From positions 18,476,001 through 18,540,000 of the forward strand of contig NC_059441.1 in assembly GCF_021028975.2 (NCBI RefSeq): a DNA stretch of 64,000 bases, given 5' to 3'. Source of the stretch: Sphaerodactylus townsendi (Eukaryota). Under the pieces are notes generated by a model. It was not told the DNA's origin, did no database searches, and was given only the letters and a program-made list of their open reading frames with translations. Of the stretch, positions 36,964 through 50,118 are shown in pieces (position 1 is the stretch's first letter; each line of letters starts with the position of its first letter). Made by a program: the position numbers and the translations under genes.

Positions 36964-38259
36964 TTTCAAACAGATGGGGGGAGCAAGGCTAGGTAGATAC
37001 TAGGCTCAGGCAGAGGATTCTACAACAAGTTTTGTTGTGCAGTGGAGGAATATACCACCCCACTATCATCTTTCTGTGGAACAGAGTATAGCACTCACTA
37101 AGGCTTGTGCATGGACTATTCAAATAGACACCACTTGGGGGCTCCCATGACCACATTTTCTCCGTTGAGAATGTTAGGAAGAAAGCTAGCCTTCTCCCTG
37201 ACATTTATGCAGAGGGATTTTCAGAAAATGTACAAACAGCATTTCATTATATGAGCCCCCACACCAGCAACAGCGGCATATAGCCCAACCACAAAGGTAT
37301 AGTTCCGGTAACATTCGGGTCTTCAGGATTTAGAGGAATAATAACAAGCTGGACACAAGATTGCACATTTAATAAAGCTGAGTAGAGGACAGAAAAACCC
37401 TGCAAAGCCAAACACCCCCCCCTCCCCACCATATCTCTTTCCCCAGATATATTGCGAGAGGCAACAGAGGTTTGGCTATTAACTTTAAAGCAACAGGCAG
37501 AGTTACATTATCTGCAACAGAAGCCGGCTGGGGGACCTTGGGCCGGTTACATTCTCTCAGCCTATCTCACAGGGCTGTTGTGAGGAGGAAATGGGGAGGG
37601 GAATGATGTAAGTTGCCTTGAGTCCTGACTGGGGAGAAAGGTGGGATACAAATGAAGTTGATTTAAAAATGTGCTTCTCTGTGAACTTGTAAATTTGAAG
37701 TGTTTACATGCTAAGTAAGGCATTCAGACCTGGAAAAACCACCTTCTGATCTTCACTTTATATTTTAAGAATAAATTCATACAACTGCCTTGTGTGATAC
37801 CAATTTTTTCCAAATACACAGCAATACCCCCCTATTTATGTACAATGTAATTATTAAATTCACAAATGCAATTTGTATGTGATAATTCTGCTTTCCTTTA
37901 TGACTCAAACTTAAAGAATGCCAGGTTAGTTGTACTGGGCAGAAATACAGTCATACCATCCACAGAGGTCACAACAAGTATAATACAGAAAAAAAATTAC
38001 AAATACTCTGCTTCAGCTTCCAGGTTATGGGTAGTAACATGTTCAAGAGATTAAGTTAAATACTTATATACACGTAAGAGTACTTTGAGAAGAATTCAAC
38101 TGCATATACTGCTGCCGGAAGTAGTAAATACTAGTTTAGTGCTTGTCACAAACAATGCTTCAATTTTGTACACATTTGAGATATTATTTACACAGCTGCA
38201 CAGTATCTTCCAACTGTCCTTTTATAATTTGATCTCTGCTTCATCTTGGTTATCCAAAA

Positions 38260-38418
38260 TTACGTATAAAAAATGATTTCTGGTATTTGTCCATCTTCTA
38301 TTGAGGTACCATTGTTATTACCTGGTGAACTAAAAAAGAAAAAGCAAGTCTTGCTTGAAGTAGGAGACTCGTGGATTACTTTCTTCAATCCCTTTGTGCC
38401 ATAGTGAGAATCAGGGCC
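38260..38418 (-). CDS. BTBD1: BTBD1 exon 8 (last coding)
   Basis: tag|[52 protein letters not shown]. Confidence 0.97.
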   Translation of the reverse strand, partial: GPDSHYGTKGLKKVIHESPTSSKTCFFFFSSPGNNNGTSIEDGQIPEIIFYT

Positions 38419-39941
38419 CTAAATACAATAAATAAATAATTAAAATTACTTTGTCACCTACTAATGTTAGTAATTACTATACAAATCATTAAAGGCTCCA
38501 TAGCCTGAGGTTAATTCACATCAAAGTATTACAGTAGTAGAAGAAAATCAACACTCTGCAGCGGTGGAGGATCTATTAAGATGATCCACCCCCAGAGCCA
38601 GATGGATCCACATAGCTTTCTGATGGCTCTAAGGCAGGGGTAGGGAACCTGCGGCTCTCCAATTGGCCATGCTGGTAGGGGCTGATGGGAATTGTAGTTC
38701 CTGAACATCTGGAGAGCCGCAGGTTCCCTACCCCTGCTCTAAGGGATTTTCCTGTTAATATGATTGGTCCTCCTGTTGATGTCCTATGGAATCCGGAAAT
38801 AACCTAGAAAACTGACACATTCATTCCCACGTGCCTTCTCTCAGGTGTTACAACACAGACAGCCCCTCGGTTTACTGAGGGGCTTTGGGTGATGAAAAGA
38901 CAAGGGAGATGGCTAGAGCAACAGCGGAGGGAGTGGCTCAGGCTAAATTGAATAGGCTCAGGCTAAATTGAATAGGCCCGCTGTGGTGGCGAACCTTTGG
39001 CACTCCAGATGTTATGGACTACGATTCCCATCAGCCCCTGCCAGCATGGCCAATTGGGGCTGATGGGAATTGTAGTCCATAACATCTGGAGTGCCAAAGG
39101 TTCGCCACCACTGGATGGGGGAAAGCTCATTTTAAAGCATGGCAGTGAGGGAGGCAAGGAAACACCTTCCCAGCGCTATTATGTTTGCACAGTGTGGGTC
39201 AGTGAAGCTGTTCGGCATGGTCACAGGAGGAGGTGGCCTGCTCAGTGGCCTGCTGTAACTATTTTCTTCAGCACTTGGCAGATAACATTTCTTGGATCTA
39301 TTCCAACTTGGACTCTATTAGCATTGACAGGGTCAGATGGTGCCAGCTTGTCTAATTTTGTGGAATACTTTGCAAAGTATTCACTGAGGATGTAGACAAG
39401 TTCCTTGGAGGTTTGAGGCCTTCTACCTGCTTATATGACCCTTGCCCTTTCTGGTGACTTAATTCCTTCAGGGGAGGGCTTCTGGGTTCGAAAGGTAGCT
39501 AATGGTCATCCCAGCTTTGAAACAGTAGTGGTGTGCCCACTTCTGAAGAAGCCTGCTCTTGACCTAGAAGATCCCAACAATTCTCGACCAGTCTCAAAGG
39601 TTTCACTCTTGAGCGAAGCAATCTTTTGTTTTGTTTGCCATTCGCACAACAATCCCTCCTTCCAAACCAAGGGTTTGTATGTATTTTAACTCTGTTTCAA
39701 ACTCTCTTCAAAGTTGTTTTAATAAGGTATTCTGGAGAAGAGGGGTTATTTTTAAATGTTTTATAATATACGTTTTATTTAAATTGCTGGCCGCCTTCAC
39801 AGGCCATGCAATGGCAGAAAGGAAGGCATAAATTGTTAGTAAATAAATAAAAAGGTATAATCTGTATAACACACAAATATTTTAAATGTAGTTGCCCATG
39901 TGCAGATTCATACAAGGAAAAAAACACCCTAAACATCTTAC

Positions 39942-40088
39942 TTTCAGGGTCGCGCAAGCAGTGTAGCACACTGTCGGCAGAATCTCTATAGGTTCTTTGA
40001 ACATGACTCTGAAGGTACTGGCAGTTCCATCGCAGCTAAATCCAGTGTCGTTCTGCCCAAGTGTTTGGTTTTTCTCATATTCAATTAT
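39942..40088 (-). CDS. BTBD1: BTBD1 exon 7 (PHR domain)
   Basis: cag|[49 protein letters not shown]|gtaaga. Confidence 0.96.
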
Positions 40089-40188
40089 CTGCATTAAGGC
40101 AAAATAAGATGTTTGTGAATGGCATGTTTCTAAAAGCCCTTTTCACGTATTTTCAGGATTTGTAACTGGCAAATTAGAATTTTAAACT

Positions 40189-40274
40189 TGTTACCACTAA
40201 GGAATCTGTTGCTCATCTAAACACATGTTCTGTTACCACTAACAGAATCTGTTGCTCATCTAAACACATGTTCT
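40189..40274 (+). repeat. ~43-bp tandem duplication
   Basis: TGTTACCACTAA..GAATCTGTTGCTCATCTAAACACATGTTC x2. Confidence 0.9.
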
Positions 40275-40419
40275 GACAAGATATGGCTAAGTGATTGGGT
40301 CCTAAACAGAACTCCCTGGATAATTTCATTAAATTACTGAAACCTTGGAATATCTATATATCTTTTATGATGGTCAGCTGCAAATGTCAATTCATTAATG
40401 AGTTACAGACACAGGTAAC

Positions 40420-41060
40420 CTTTAATGGTATAACTTACAAGATTTAAAATAAAGTACAAAAATTAAAAGATAAAGTGCAAAGCAAAATTAAGATCATTTG
40501 TTTATGACTGTGCATAAAAACCTGGCCGTTTGCTCTAGAGCATCTCTGGATTCGTTGTTTAGCAAATAAACAGTCTTCAGCAGTCTGTCCAGCACTCTAA
40601 GCCCATCAATAAGGTTGAGAGAAACTTTGTTCTGGCCCTGTTATGGGGGCAATAATGCAGAACATGATGTACAGTTTCTGCAGTTTTCAATGAGCAGATG
40701 CAAAAATGTTCACTATGAGGTGTTTTGGAGCCTTTTTCATTCCTTAAAACAGAAGGAAGCACATTGCATCTGGCCAAAGTGAAACATATTAGCGAACAAC
40801 CTTCCGAGGTCCTCCCATTCCCTATCAAGCTTAATGATAAGCCCATCCACCTATCATCAAAGGAACGGGGGAATGCACTGGGCTTGAAGGAAAACTTCTC
40901 ACCTTACCCAACATTTATCCCCTTCCTCCTCGTATTTTATGCTGAACTTCCAGCCTATTGAAGAACCTTTTCTCGCTGATCTACACTTTTTGGGTCAACT
41001 GGTAATAAAGCATATGATCCTACTGGTAGTTTTCTGATTTGCTGTCATTAATATGACTGC
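40420..41060 (-). mobile_element. Decayed non-LTR retrotransposon 3' end with CCHC knuckle (RTE-X-like)
   Basis: FTLARCNVLPS...CICSLKTAETVHHVLHYC motif, followed by an AT-rich 3'UTR. Confidence 0.6.
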
Positions 41061-41113
41061 CAGCAATTTTTGCCTGTTGAGAGTTCTCAGAAAACATTGT
41101 AAAACTGTAATAC

Positions 41114-41201
41114 CTGAATATTAACTTGATAGTCTGTGGGTCCATGAATAGATCCGTATAATCCAAATCCCACTATGGAAATTCTTCTGTTGACAGTGAA
41201 C
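41114..41201 (-). CDS. BTBD1: BTBD1 exon 6 (PHR domain)
   Basis: aag|[29 protein letters not shown]|gtatta. Confidence 0.95.
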
Positions 41202-42285
41202 CTTTTTAAAAAGAGATGGAGGTCAATGCATTTCAAACCCAAACAGACAAGATTAGAGATTTACCTGCTTCATCAAAACAGGGGAGGATCTGATTAGATC
41301 TCTCATTTCTTAAAACATTAGAAAGCAGCCCTCCTCTGGGAGGTGCGGGGTTTGAGAGACAGATTTGGCTTGGGAACACAGCACTCAGTTGGAATGGTGG
41401 GAGGGGGAATAACCTCCCCAACACCATTTCTCCACAATGTAAATCACACCTCTGGAGATACTATTTGGTCTGGCAAGAAAAATGTATATTTAGTTCACGT
41501 TTTCCCTGTTGGGACAGAAAGCTAGTTGACGAGCAGGAAAATGCTGCAGGAGAGTGCAAGAAGCACTCAAAACCACCCCAGCATTGTATCCCTGATGCAA
41601 ATTGCACCCCCTACTCTGGCTGCTATTTGTGCAAGTTTAAAGAGATGGACAACCCAAGTACAGATTTCTATGTCTTAGCTACTCTGCTCTAAAGATTCAT
41701 GAAGGACTGAAATCTATAAATTCCTATAAGTGCTTTCCAGAGGTTTTCCGGTATACAAATAGCAGCATCTCAACAGATGTGAACAGATACTTCTTGCTAT
41801 TTTAAAAGGAGGCCCAGTTTAATAAAGTGACCACTTTCACACTTAGAAGCTTAGCCACGCAGAAGGGTGTTCTAAGAAACTGCTCCAAATTCACTTTGTG
41901 TCTGACTTCAGACGACTGGGAGAAGGAGCATGGCCTTCTCAGTAGTGGCCCCCTCTCCCTGGAATCCCCCTCCTTGCATAGGAAGCATTCCAGCTGTTTG
42001 CCCTTACCTTCCAAAAATAAATTAAAACTTCCATCAGGCACTGATTTGGGGGGGGGGGGGGGGGGGAGTTATTTAAAAGAAAGCCCAAAGTAAAAAAAAG
42101 TTAGGCTCTGCACTCCAATTCATCCTAGATGTCAGCCCCCATGCTTAGCCAGGGCACTGACAGTACAGCTGCTGCTGCCATTCACCAAATGATCCAGCAA
42201 ATCATCAGCCTGAAGGGATTTACTTCCAAGCACAACTGTGATAAATGGACGACACAATTTTCCTTGTAAAAGGGTAACCAAATAC

Positions 42286-42478
42286 CTGATGCGATCACTT
42301 GTCCCGCTGTATCCCCAGCGACTCTCCACTTGCTGGAATCTATTGATGCTGCATTCCTTTCCTCTAAGGCAGCATCTTGGCCGGTCAATATAGTCAACTC
42401 TAGGTTTAGGGTTGACTGTAAAATGCAGAAAGAGATTTACTACTTCCCGATCTGACAAAATTCCAGATTGAGCAGGAC
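42286..42478 (-). CDS. BTBD1: BTBD1 exon 5
   Basis: tag|[25 protein letters not shown]...[21 protein letters not shown]|gtattt. Confidence 0.97.
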
Positions 42479-44166
42479 CTAGAAAAAGAGGCAGAGCCAC
42501 TAAGCTGATGTCATACTTTTAAATGTTTTTTCTCCTACAAGGCAAACTGTAAAAGGTGCTTGAGAAGAGATTACTAGTTTACAAACCTACTTGCATATCA
42601 CTTATTTACTCCACTGGATTAACTAACTTGGATTAACTAACACGGGGCATAGAAGAAAGAATGCCTATAAGGTAAAAACCAAACTCTCGCATGTGTGCAT
42701 TCACTCATACGTATACATGTTAGTGGGATATGAAGTGAATTGAGGACGACTGCTGCTCTGGCATAAAACAGACTGAGTTGCCCTCCTCAGCTAAACTGAA
42801 ACTAGCCGAATTAACCACAAAACCTTTGCTAAATGGGCTTGCATACATAGACCACATGGGTTATATACGAGAACTCTTTGTGCTGGTTAGCTTTAATTTG
42901 GCAACTAGGGTTCTCTCAAATGTGCCTGTATTTATTTTGTGAATTGATCAGCTGTCTCTTGAGAAACTTTCTTAAAGTAAACAACACAACATTAGAAAAA
43001 CAATTTTAAATCCAGCAGTAAGGCAAGCAAACTGTAATGACAAAGCAGCATTAAAAATGATATTCAGCTAAGTAATAAGTTTTATATATAGATGATAAAT
43101 TCACTAACTATTAGCTGTATGTTGCAATATTAATACATTTCTTTTTAACTAAAGAAAAATGACATTCAGCAACATAACAGTGTAATGCTTAAAACATTCA
43201 GCAACATAAAATCATAATCCTTCAGCTACACACCTGGGTAAAGAGAAATGTTTTGGCCTGGATTCTAAAAGACAACACAGATGTCTTTTACTAGATGAAT
43301 AATTTCCCTCAGTAAGTGCTCTATAATAGGTGTGCCAGCTGCAACAGGATTAAATGGGCTCTAATTGCATTATTCTGGTTTCTCTGGTTTTTCTCACACA
43401 CAAAACAATTTCCTGTGGTGGAGTAGCACTTTTACTTAGCTCAACCTATTAACTAGCTTACACTCTCTCAGATTTGAATTTTAATTTGAAGTATGGTTTT
43501 CAGAATGTGCCATTCATGAAAGATACACTTCAGCGCACTTGAATAACTCAACATTCTTTGTTTGTTTCCAAAACAAACATGCCAAACCAAAACTGCTGAT
43601 TTATTTTCATTTCTTATCCGTTACTTAACCCAGGACATTAGAAGGTTATTTAACCCTGCTAAGAACCAACTCTACAGACAGCCTTCATTGGAAAGTCTTT
43701 GACAAGATCTCAAGTTGCTGGTTCAGTATGTATTACATACTTTTTCTCAGCAATTCATCCAGCAAAAAAAATTACCTTTTAAAAAAAAAGCAGAATAGAA
43801 TAGAATGCAATTTATTAGAGAAAAGTGTGTGCAGGAATGGGTTCAAAGCACAGCCAAACAGTATATATTCTGCTGAACTAACAGCTGACAGTAAAGCGGC
43901 AATTTTATGCATGCTTAGTTGGAAGCATTTTCTAGGGAAGTTAATCAGATTTATGATTACACACGCTGAGGCCCAAGAGTCCCACCAGACTGCCACAAAG
44001 CCAAGCTCTTTTAGAAGTCGTTATGACTCACATTCTGTCATTCTTCCTTGCTTCTTAGGCTCCCCATGCAAACATGCTGCCAAACAGAAAAATGCCTCTC
44101 CAGCACATGCACGCAGGAGTGGAGCTTTAAAATATACTGGTGGCTTTTGTACATTAAGATGCATCA

Positions 44167-44424
<258 letters not shown>

Positions 44425-45025
44425 TCATCAAGTTACCAGCAGATATGGAGCTTTCTTTCCAAAGTTAACAATTCCTTGAATGTTTTTTTCAAGAAATGGT
44501 TAAATAAAACTATTTCAGCAATGTATTAACCTGCATATTATTTGGGTAAGGGAGCAACAGCCATGTGGGGCGGCTTCAAGCCTTAAAGAACAAAAACCAG
44601 ATTGCTATTGGGGGTGGGTAGGGTATCTGTGTAAAAAGAGTGAATGGTGAGGCTTGAGGCTAGCCTGGCCCAGTCACACCTGATTGGCAATAGCTCCTGC
44701 CATACAACCCAGGAGGGTTGGGCAATCTTCAGGGAGGCAGGAAGAGGAAAGGGCGGGCATGCCCCAGGGAGAACAGAGTAGCCATCCGGCTAGCTGACCC
44801 ACCACAGAAGAGGGCAGTAGAAAGAGAGGAGAAAGACCAAGGATGCTCTCCAGACTGGGGTTGTTGAGGCCTTCAGGAGGGACACTGGCGGGTGTGTGGG
44901 CCCAACTTAACCCTGGTGGTGCAGCAGGCACTCACAAACATGTGTAATGTGGAGGCCAGAAAGGCAACCAAAACAACCAGCATCAGAGAAGTGGCCAGTG
45001 GAGGTTCTCTCAGAGTTCACATTCA

Positions 45026-45151
<126 letters not shown>

Positions 45152-45540
45152 CTACGCAAAGATATGCTTAGAGTCACTGTGCAAATTCCATATTGCATGA
45201 AGCAAAATAATGGAGACAGAGGTTCTAAACTGAAAGCCCAGCTCAAGTTCACTTACTTTACTTTAGACATTTTTGAAATATTATCAAAGAATAAAACATG
45301 GCAAAAAAACAGAATGAAATAATGAAGATATGGACAAGTTATGAGAATTGGATGGAGACGGGAGTCAAAGAAGACATATGGATAAGAAGACAACAACGAA
45401 TGAACTTACTGCTGTTTGGTTAAAGAAAAGTGAAACATAATATTAGGGGAGGGTGGGAGGAAAAAAAGGGAAAATGTATTGTTTGGAAATTATGTCAGAA
45501 AGATGTAAATAGAACTATTATTTCAAACTATACAATAAAA

Positions 45541-46160
45541 AGGCTAGCATCTGTGGCTAGCATCTTCAGAGGATCTCTGAAAGAGGATCCTCTGAAGATG
45601 CCAGCCACAGATGCAGGCGAAACGTCAGGAGAGAATGCTGCTAGAACACGGCCATACAGCCCGGAAACCACACAGCACCCAAGTGATTCCGACTGTGAAA
45701 GCCTTTGACAATACATTATACAATAAAAATATATTTCTTAAAGTTTACTTACTTTAGAGCTTTTTTAAAATATTGAGATATTAGTCATATTAGTGCAACA
45801 GAAAGGGACTTTCCTACCAAGCAGGCTGAAATGCACAACCCTTTGGCCAGCCCCCAGTCCCTTTACTACACTTTGTTCACCTGCAATAGCCATGAGACTT
45901 AAAACATGAATAAGTGTATAAGTGTATTGCTGAAAGCTTTCATGGCCGGAATCACTAGGATGTTGTGGGTTTTCCAGGTTGTATGGCCATGTTCCAGTAG
46001 TATTTTCTCCTGATGTTTTGCCTGCATCTGTAGCTGGCATATTTAGAGGATCCTCTTTCAGAGATCGTCTGAAGATGCTAGCCACAGATGCTAGCCACAA
46101 AACATCAGGAGAAAATAGTACTGTAACACGGTCATACAACCCGGAAAACCCACAACACCC
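45541..46160. mobile_element. Penelope-like element fragments in inverted arrangement
   Basis: CTGAAGATGCCAGCCACAGATGCAGGCGAAACGTCAGGAG...GAAAGCCTTTGACAATACA, recalled as the lizard PLE terminus. Two inverted structures, 45545-45716 and 45922-46160; other fragments at ~6005-6052, 17888-17990, 50910-51070, 63180-63305. Confidence 0.75.
45588..45630 (+). ncRNA. Minimal type I hammerhead ribozyme motif (PLE-associated)
   Basis: UCCU-CUGAAGA-U-GCCaGC(loop)GCaGGC-GAAA-C-GUC-AGGA: intact catalytic core, stem I UCCU/AGGA, stem II, minimal stem III. Confidence 0.65.
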
Positions 46161-46833
46161 TAATTCTAAGTGTGCTTACTCAGAAGTCAGTTCCATTGAG
46201 TCTACTGGAACTCATTCCATGTGAGTGAGCAACTACTTTCAAACAGGAAATGTGGGTCTGAAAGAACTCATAGTAAGGCAGAACGTTGTGCTAAAGACAC
46301 ATAAATTACAGGTAAGAAATTTGGTTTCTCAATATTAGAGGCAGTTAATCCCAAAGCTTATTGTCTACAACTGACCTGATATTTTCCTGCAAGGTCAATT
46401 TTAGTGTCACATTTCCCCAATTACAACAACAAACTAAAATATGGCAATGAAAAACTCATGACTGGCTCATGATGCATTTTTCCCCTTAGTGATGAACAAA
46501 GATCTCATGTATTGTCAACTGTGAAGAGCCACTGCATTGAGATAAACAAATACCCCATGATTATGTAGTGGACTGACATGCACCTCAAAGTATCCTTAAA
46601 GTAACTATGCAATACGGAGCTTGGACAAAAAGCCAGCAGAAAAGTAGACAAATGTTTTAATAGTGCATTTTTCCTAAGATGGTGTCATAGATTGAAATCT
46701 TCTGTAGAAGCCAAACAGGAAGTTGTGTTCAGCTTTCTATTTTCCACTAGCATTCACACGGCACAAAAGCCCCTGCAGCTAGGCAATTAATATAACACTC
46801 CTAATTAGTTCATTAACTTCACAGCAGCATCTA

Positions 46834-47058
<225 letters not shown>

Positions 47059-47659
47059 CTAAACTGTCAGTAATTAAAAGGAACACACAATAAAAACGAA
47101 AGCAGTCAGTTCACTACTTCTCAATTTGCATATAATTTAAAAACCCCAAGGAGCAGAGGGGGTTTCCCTGCCTGGCACCGCTGCCTCCTGCAGCACAAGA
47201 GGCAGTGGCACTGGGGAGGCCGCGGCCGCCATCCCCCCTCTGCCCCATCCCCATCCCTGCCTGGCGTCTCCGCCTTCCAGTGCTGGAAGGAAAGATGAGT
47301 GGAGGGGCCGAACTGGAGCCTCTCTGGCTCTATAGATCTTCGGGGCCGTGGAAAACAGGTGCAAATGGCTCTTTGGGTGGTAAAGGTTGCCGACCCCTGG
47401 ACTAGATGAAACAGGTAGAAGCTAGAAGTGAGCTCTGCTGTTTTTAAACATGCTCTATAGTCTCTAATCTGAAACAGAAGTTGCCAATTCAAAGGTCAGT
47501 ACTAATTTCCTGTATAGTTCTAAGAACATGCACATCTTCCAGTCATAAATAAGAGAACTTCGTGTATATGCATGAGTACACTCACTAAACATGTAATTAC
47601 CTCAAAAGGGTGTTTTTGTTTTTATGATTTTATAACAATATATTTGGGGATGATAATGA

Positions 47660-47830
47660 ACTCCTTCCAATCTGGCTTCAGGATGGGGTTTGGAACAGAA
47701 ACTGCTTTGGTGTCCTTGATCGATGACCTCTACTGAGAACTAAACAGAGGGAACATGACCCTGCTAGTTTTGCTGGAACTCTCAATGGCTGTCAATATTA
47801 TCAGCCATCATATCTTACTAAAGGCACCCC
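47660..47830 (+). mobile_element. L2 LINE reverse-transcriptase fragment
   Basis: QSGFRMGFGTETALVSLIDDL*...LLVLLELSMA..IISHHILL. Other L2 pieces at ~39510-39620 (LKKPALDLEDPNNSRPVS) and ~4440-4800 (3' end). Confidence 0.7.
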
Positions 47831-48329
47831 TTGTCACTGGGACTGGGGTGGGGGCATCATGTTATACTTGTTTGTGTCCTATCTGGGTGGGGGAGGACAG
47901 TAAATACCACCATCAACACCTGCCAGCAATTAAAGCTAAAACCTTTCTGCATGTGTACTTCCACTGACCTTGTCGGGGCTTTCCTCCAAATAAATCCACA
48001 AAGAATTGGACTGCAAGTCTCTCAAAAAAGTGAAATCTTTTGATTTGCTGACCAACCGCAAGTTCAAAGACTATATAGCAGATTGAAAACGTGCAAAATG
48101 TTCAGCAGCTTCCCCCTACTTGAAAGGTCAGGCACTGTCTTTGGGAATGTAATCTGTCCAGTTCCTTTACTACTCAGATCAGAGGGAATACAGTCCTTAT
48201 TGTCACTAGAGAGAACACAGGGACTCCAGACTGACGGGAGTGATGAATGGGGTACTGTTGGAGAAACCCTGAATTCACTGCAGTGCTCATACCAGAATGC
48301 AATAATTACTGCCTTCTTGCCAGACTGAC

Positions 48330-48423
48330 AAACCCCCTGAACACCCCCCCCAATAATGCTATAGCCATGGGACTCAACCCCCTGAACACTCCCCCCCCAT
48401 AATGCTATAGCCATGGGACTCAA
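48330..48423 (+). repeat. ~45-bp tandem duplication
   Basis: AACCCCCTGAACAC(C)nATAATGCTATAGCCATGGGACTCAA x2. Confidence 0.9.
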
Positions 48424-49835
48424 CTACTATAACATGTTTTACATGAGGCAGCTACTTAAGGCACACCATATGATGCACAGACCTACTGAAGGCAAGAAGT
48501 GGAAAAATGGACAGCACACGGTTGCAAGGCTTCTAAAAGGAAGCATAGCCTATTTAAAGCAAAAATATATGGGTTCCAGTTGTTGCAGATGCGCCAAGTG
48601 AAAAGCATAAACCAACACCAAAGCTTGACTTCTCTGATATGCACCTTAAGCCTTTGTTATCAACATTTAATTGGGATTCCATATTGAAGCTTATTGTACT
48701 GCTCATGGGCCACTTGCAACAGGACTGCATGCCACTCCTCCAGTATAAAAAGCAAGAATACCATACCCGTTAATGCTGAACAAGTTTATGTTCTATTTTT
48801 CATGCTCGATGTTCATTAATACATAGCATTTCTGAGCAACAGCTGTACTTTCTGGCTACTTCTCACCTTATGCGGACGCATCCTAAAATTTGCCACTGAG
48901 CCTTTCAAAACTGATTCTCCCAGCTAGCTCTGTTTCCACCCCCAACCTGTGAGTGAGCTGCAACCTACTTTTGGGTCCTGACTCACAGCCTAAGAACTAC
49001 TGCCTTGAGGTCTAAGATTACATTCCTCCACGCAAAAGTCAATAGCCCTATTCAAAATCTGTACCAAACCACTCTGTTAACAAGTGAACTGGTGATGCTG
49101 CATCTAGACAACTCTCTCTCAAAAAGAGACTACCACAGCCAGCTCTGCACATAGCGTTTATCTTTCTGAGGAGTCGGTGGAGCCCAGCTGCTCAATTCAC
49201 AAGTCAGGAAATCCCTTGTTCCATTCTCCACTCAGCCATGAAGATTATGAATCAGGTGGCCTCAGGAAAGCCAGCCCCATTTAGATATCACTGTCCTCAC
49301 AATCGGGATGACAATACTAATACCATGAACCAAGCAGATCATTGCTTTTATTAAATAACTCTGATGCTACAATCTGCAAAATGGCTGCAAATTTTCTATT
49401 GGAAGTGTCCCATAAGCAATAGTATGTATGAATCAAGTCTATTTGCTATATGTTACAAGTTTGTATTTTGATGTGATTTTATATCGGTTATGCCAAATAA
49501 AAAGCTGAATGAATGAAATACTAATACTGGGCTAGCCTATAAGATTGTCTTATGGAATACCAGAATAATATACGTGTACTATTTGGTCACTGGAAGCCTG
49601 CATCCCTCCCTTCCCAGGAAGAGCAGCCCAGCCATGGAAAGTAGCCAGAAAAGAAATAGTTAAAAAGAGCAGGGTCTATCCAACATCACCAGAAAATGTT
49701 GCTCTGCTGTCACTGCCTGGTAAGGATATTCTGGTTTCTGCCATCAGTCAGATTTCTGAGGAGCACCAAGAGATTGCATCTCCTCCCTCTCAGGAACACC
49801 AATGAGGGCCAATCTACTAAGCACCGGCTGGGTAT

Positions 49836-50118
49836 AGAAGAAGAGTTTGGATTTACACCCTGCCTTTTTCTGAAGAAGACTCAAGGTGCATTATAACCTC
49901 CTTTCCCTTCCTCTCCCCACAACAAATAGCTTGCGAAGAAGGTGGGGCTGAAACAGTTCTGAAGAACTGTGACTAGTGAGTCCAAGGTCACCCAGCAGGC
50001 TCCATGTGGAGGAGCAGGGAAACAGATAAAGAGTCCACCACTCATGTGAAGGAGTGGGGAATCAAACCCGGTTCTTCAGATTAGAGTCCAGATTAGTGCT
50101 CTTAACTGCTACACCTTG
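49836..50118 (-). mobile_element. CORE-SINE
   Basis: Near full-length copy in BTBD1 intron 1. Confidence 0.8.
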
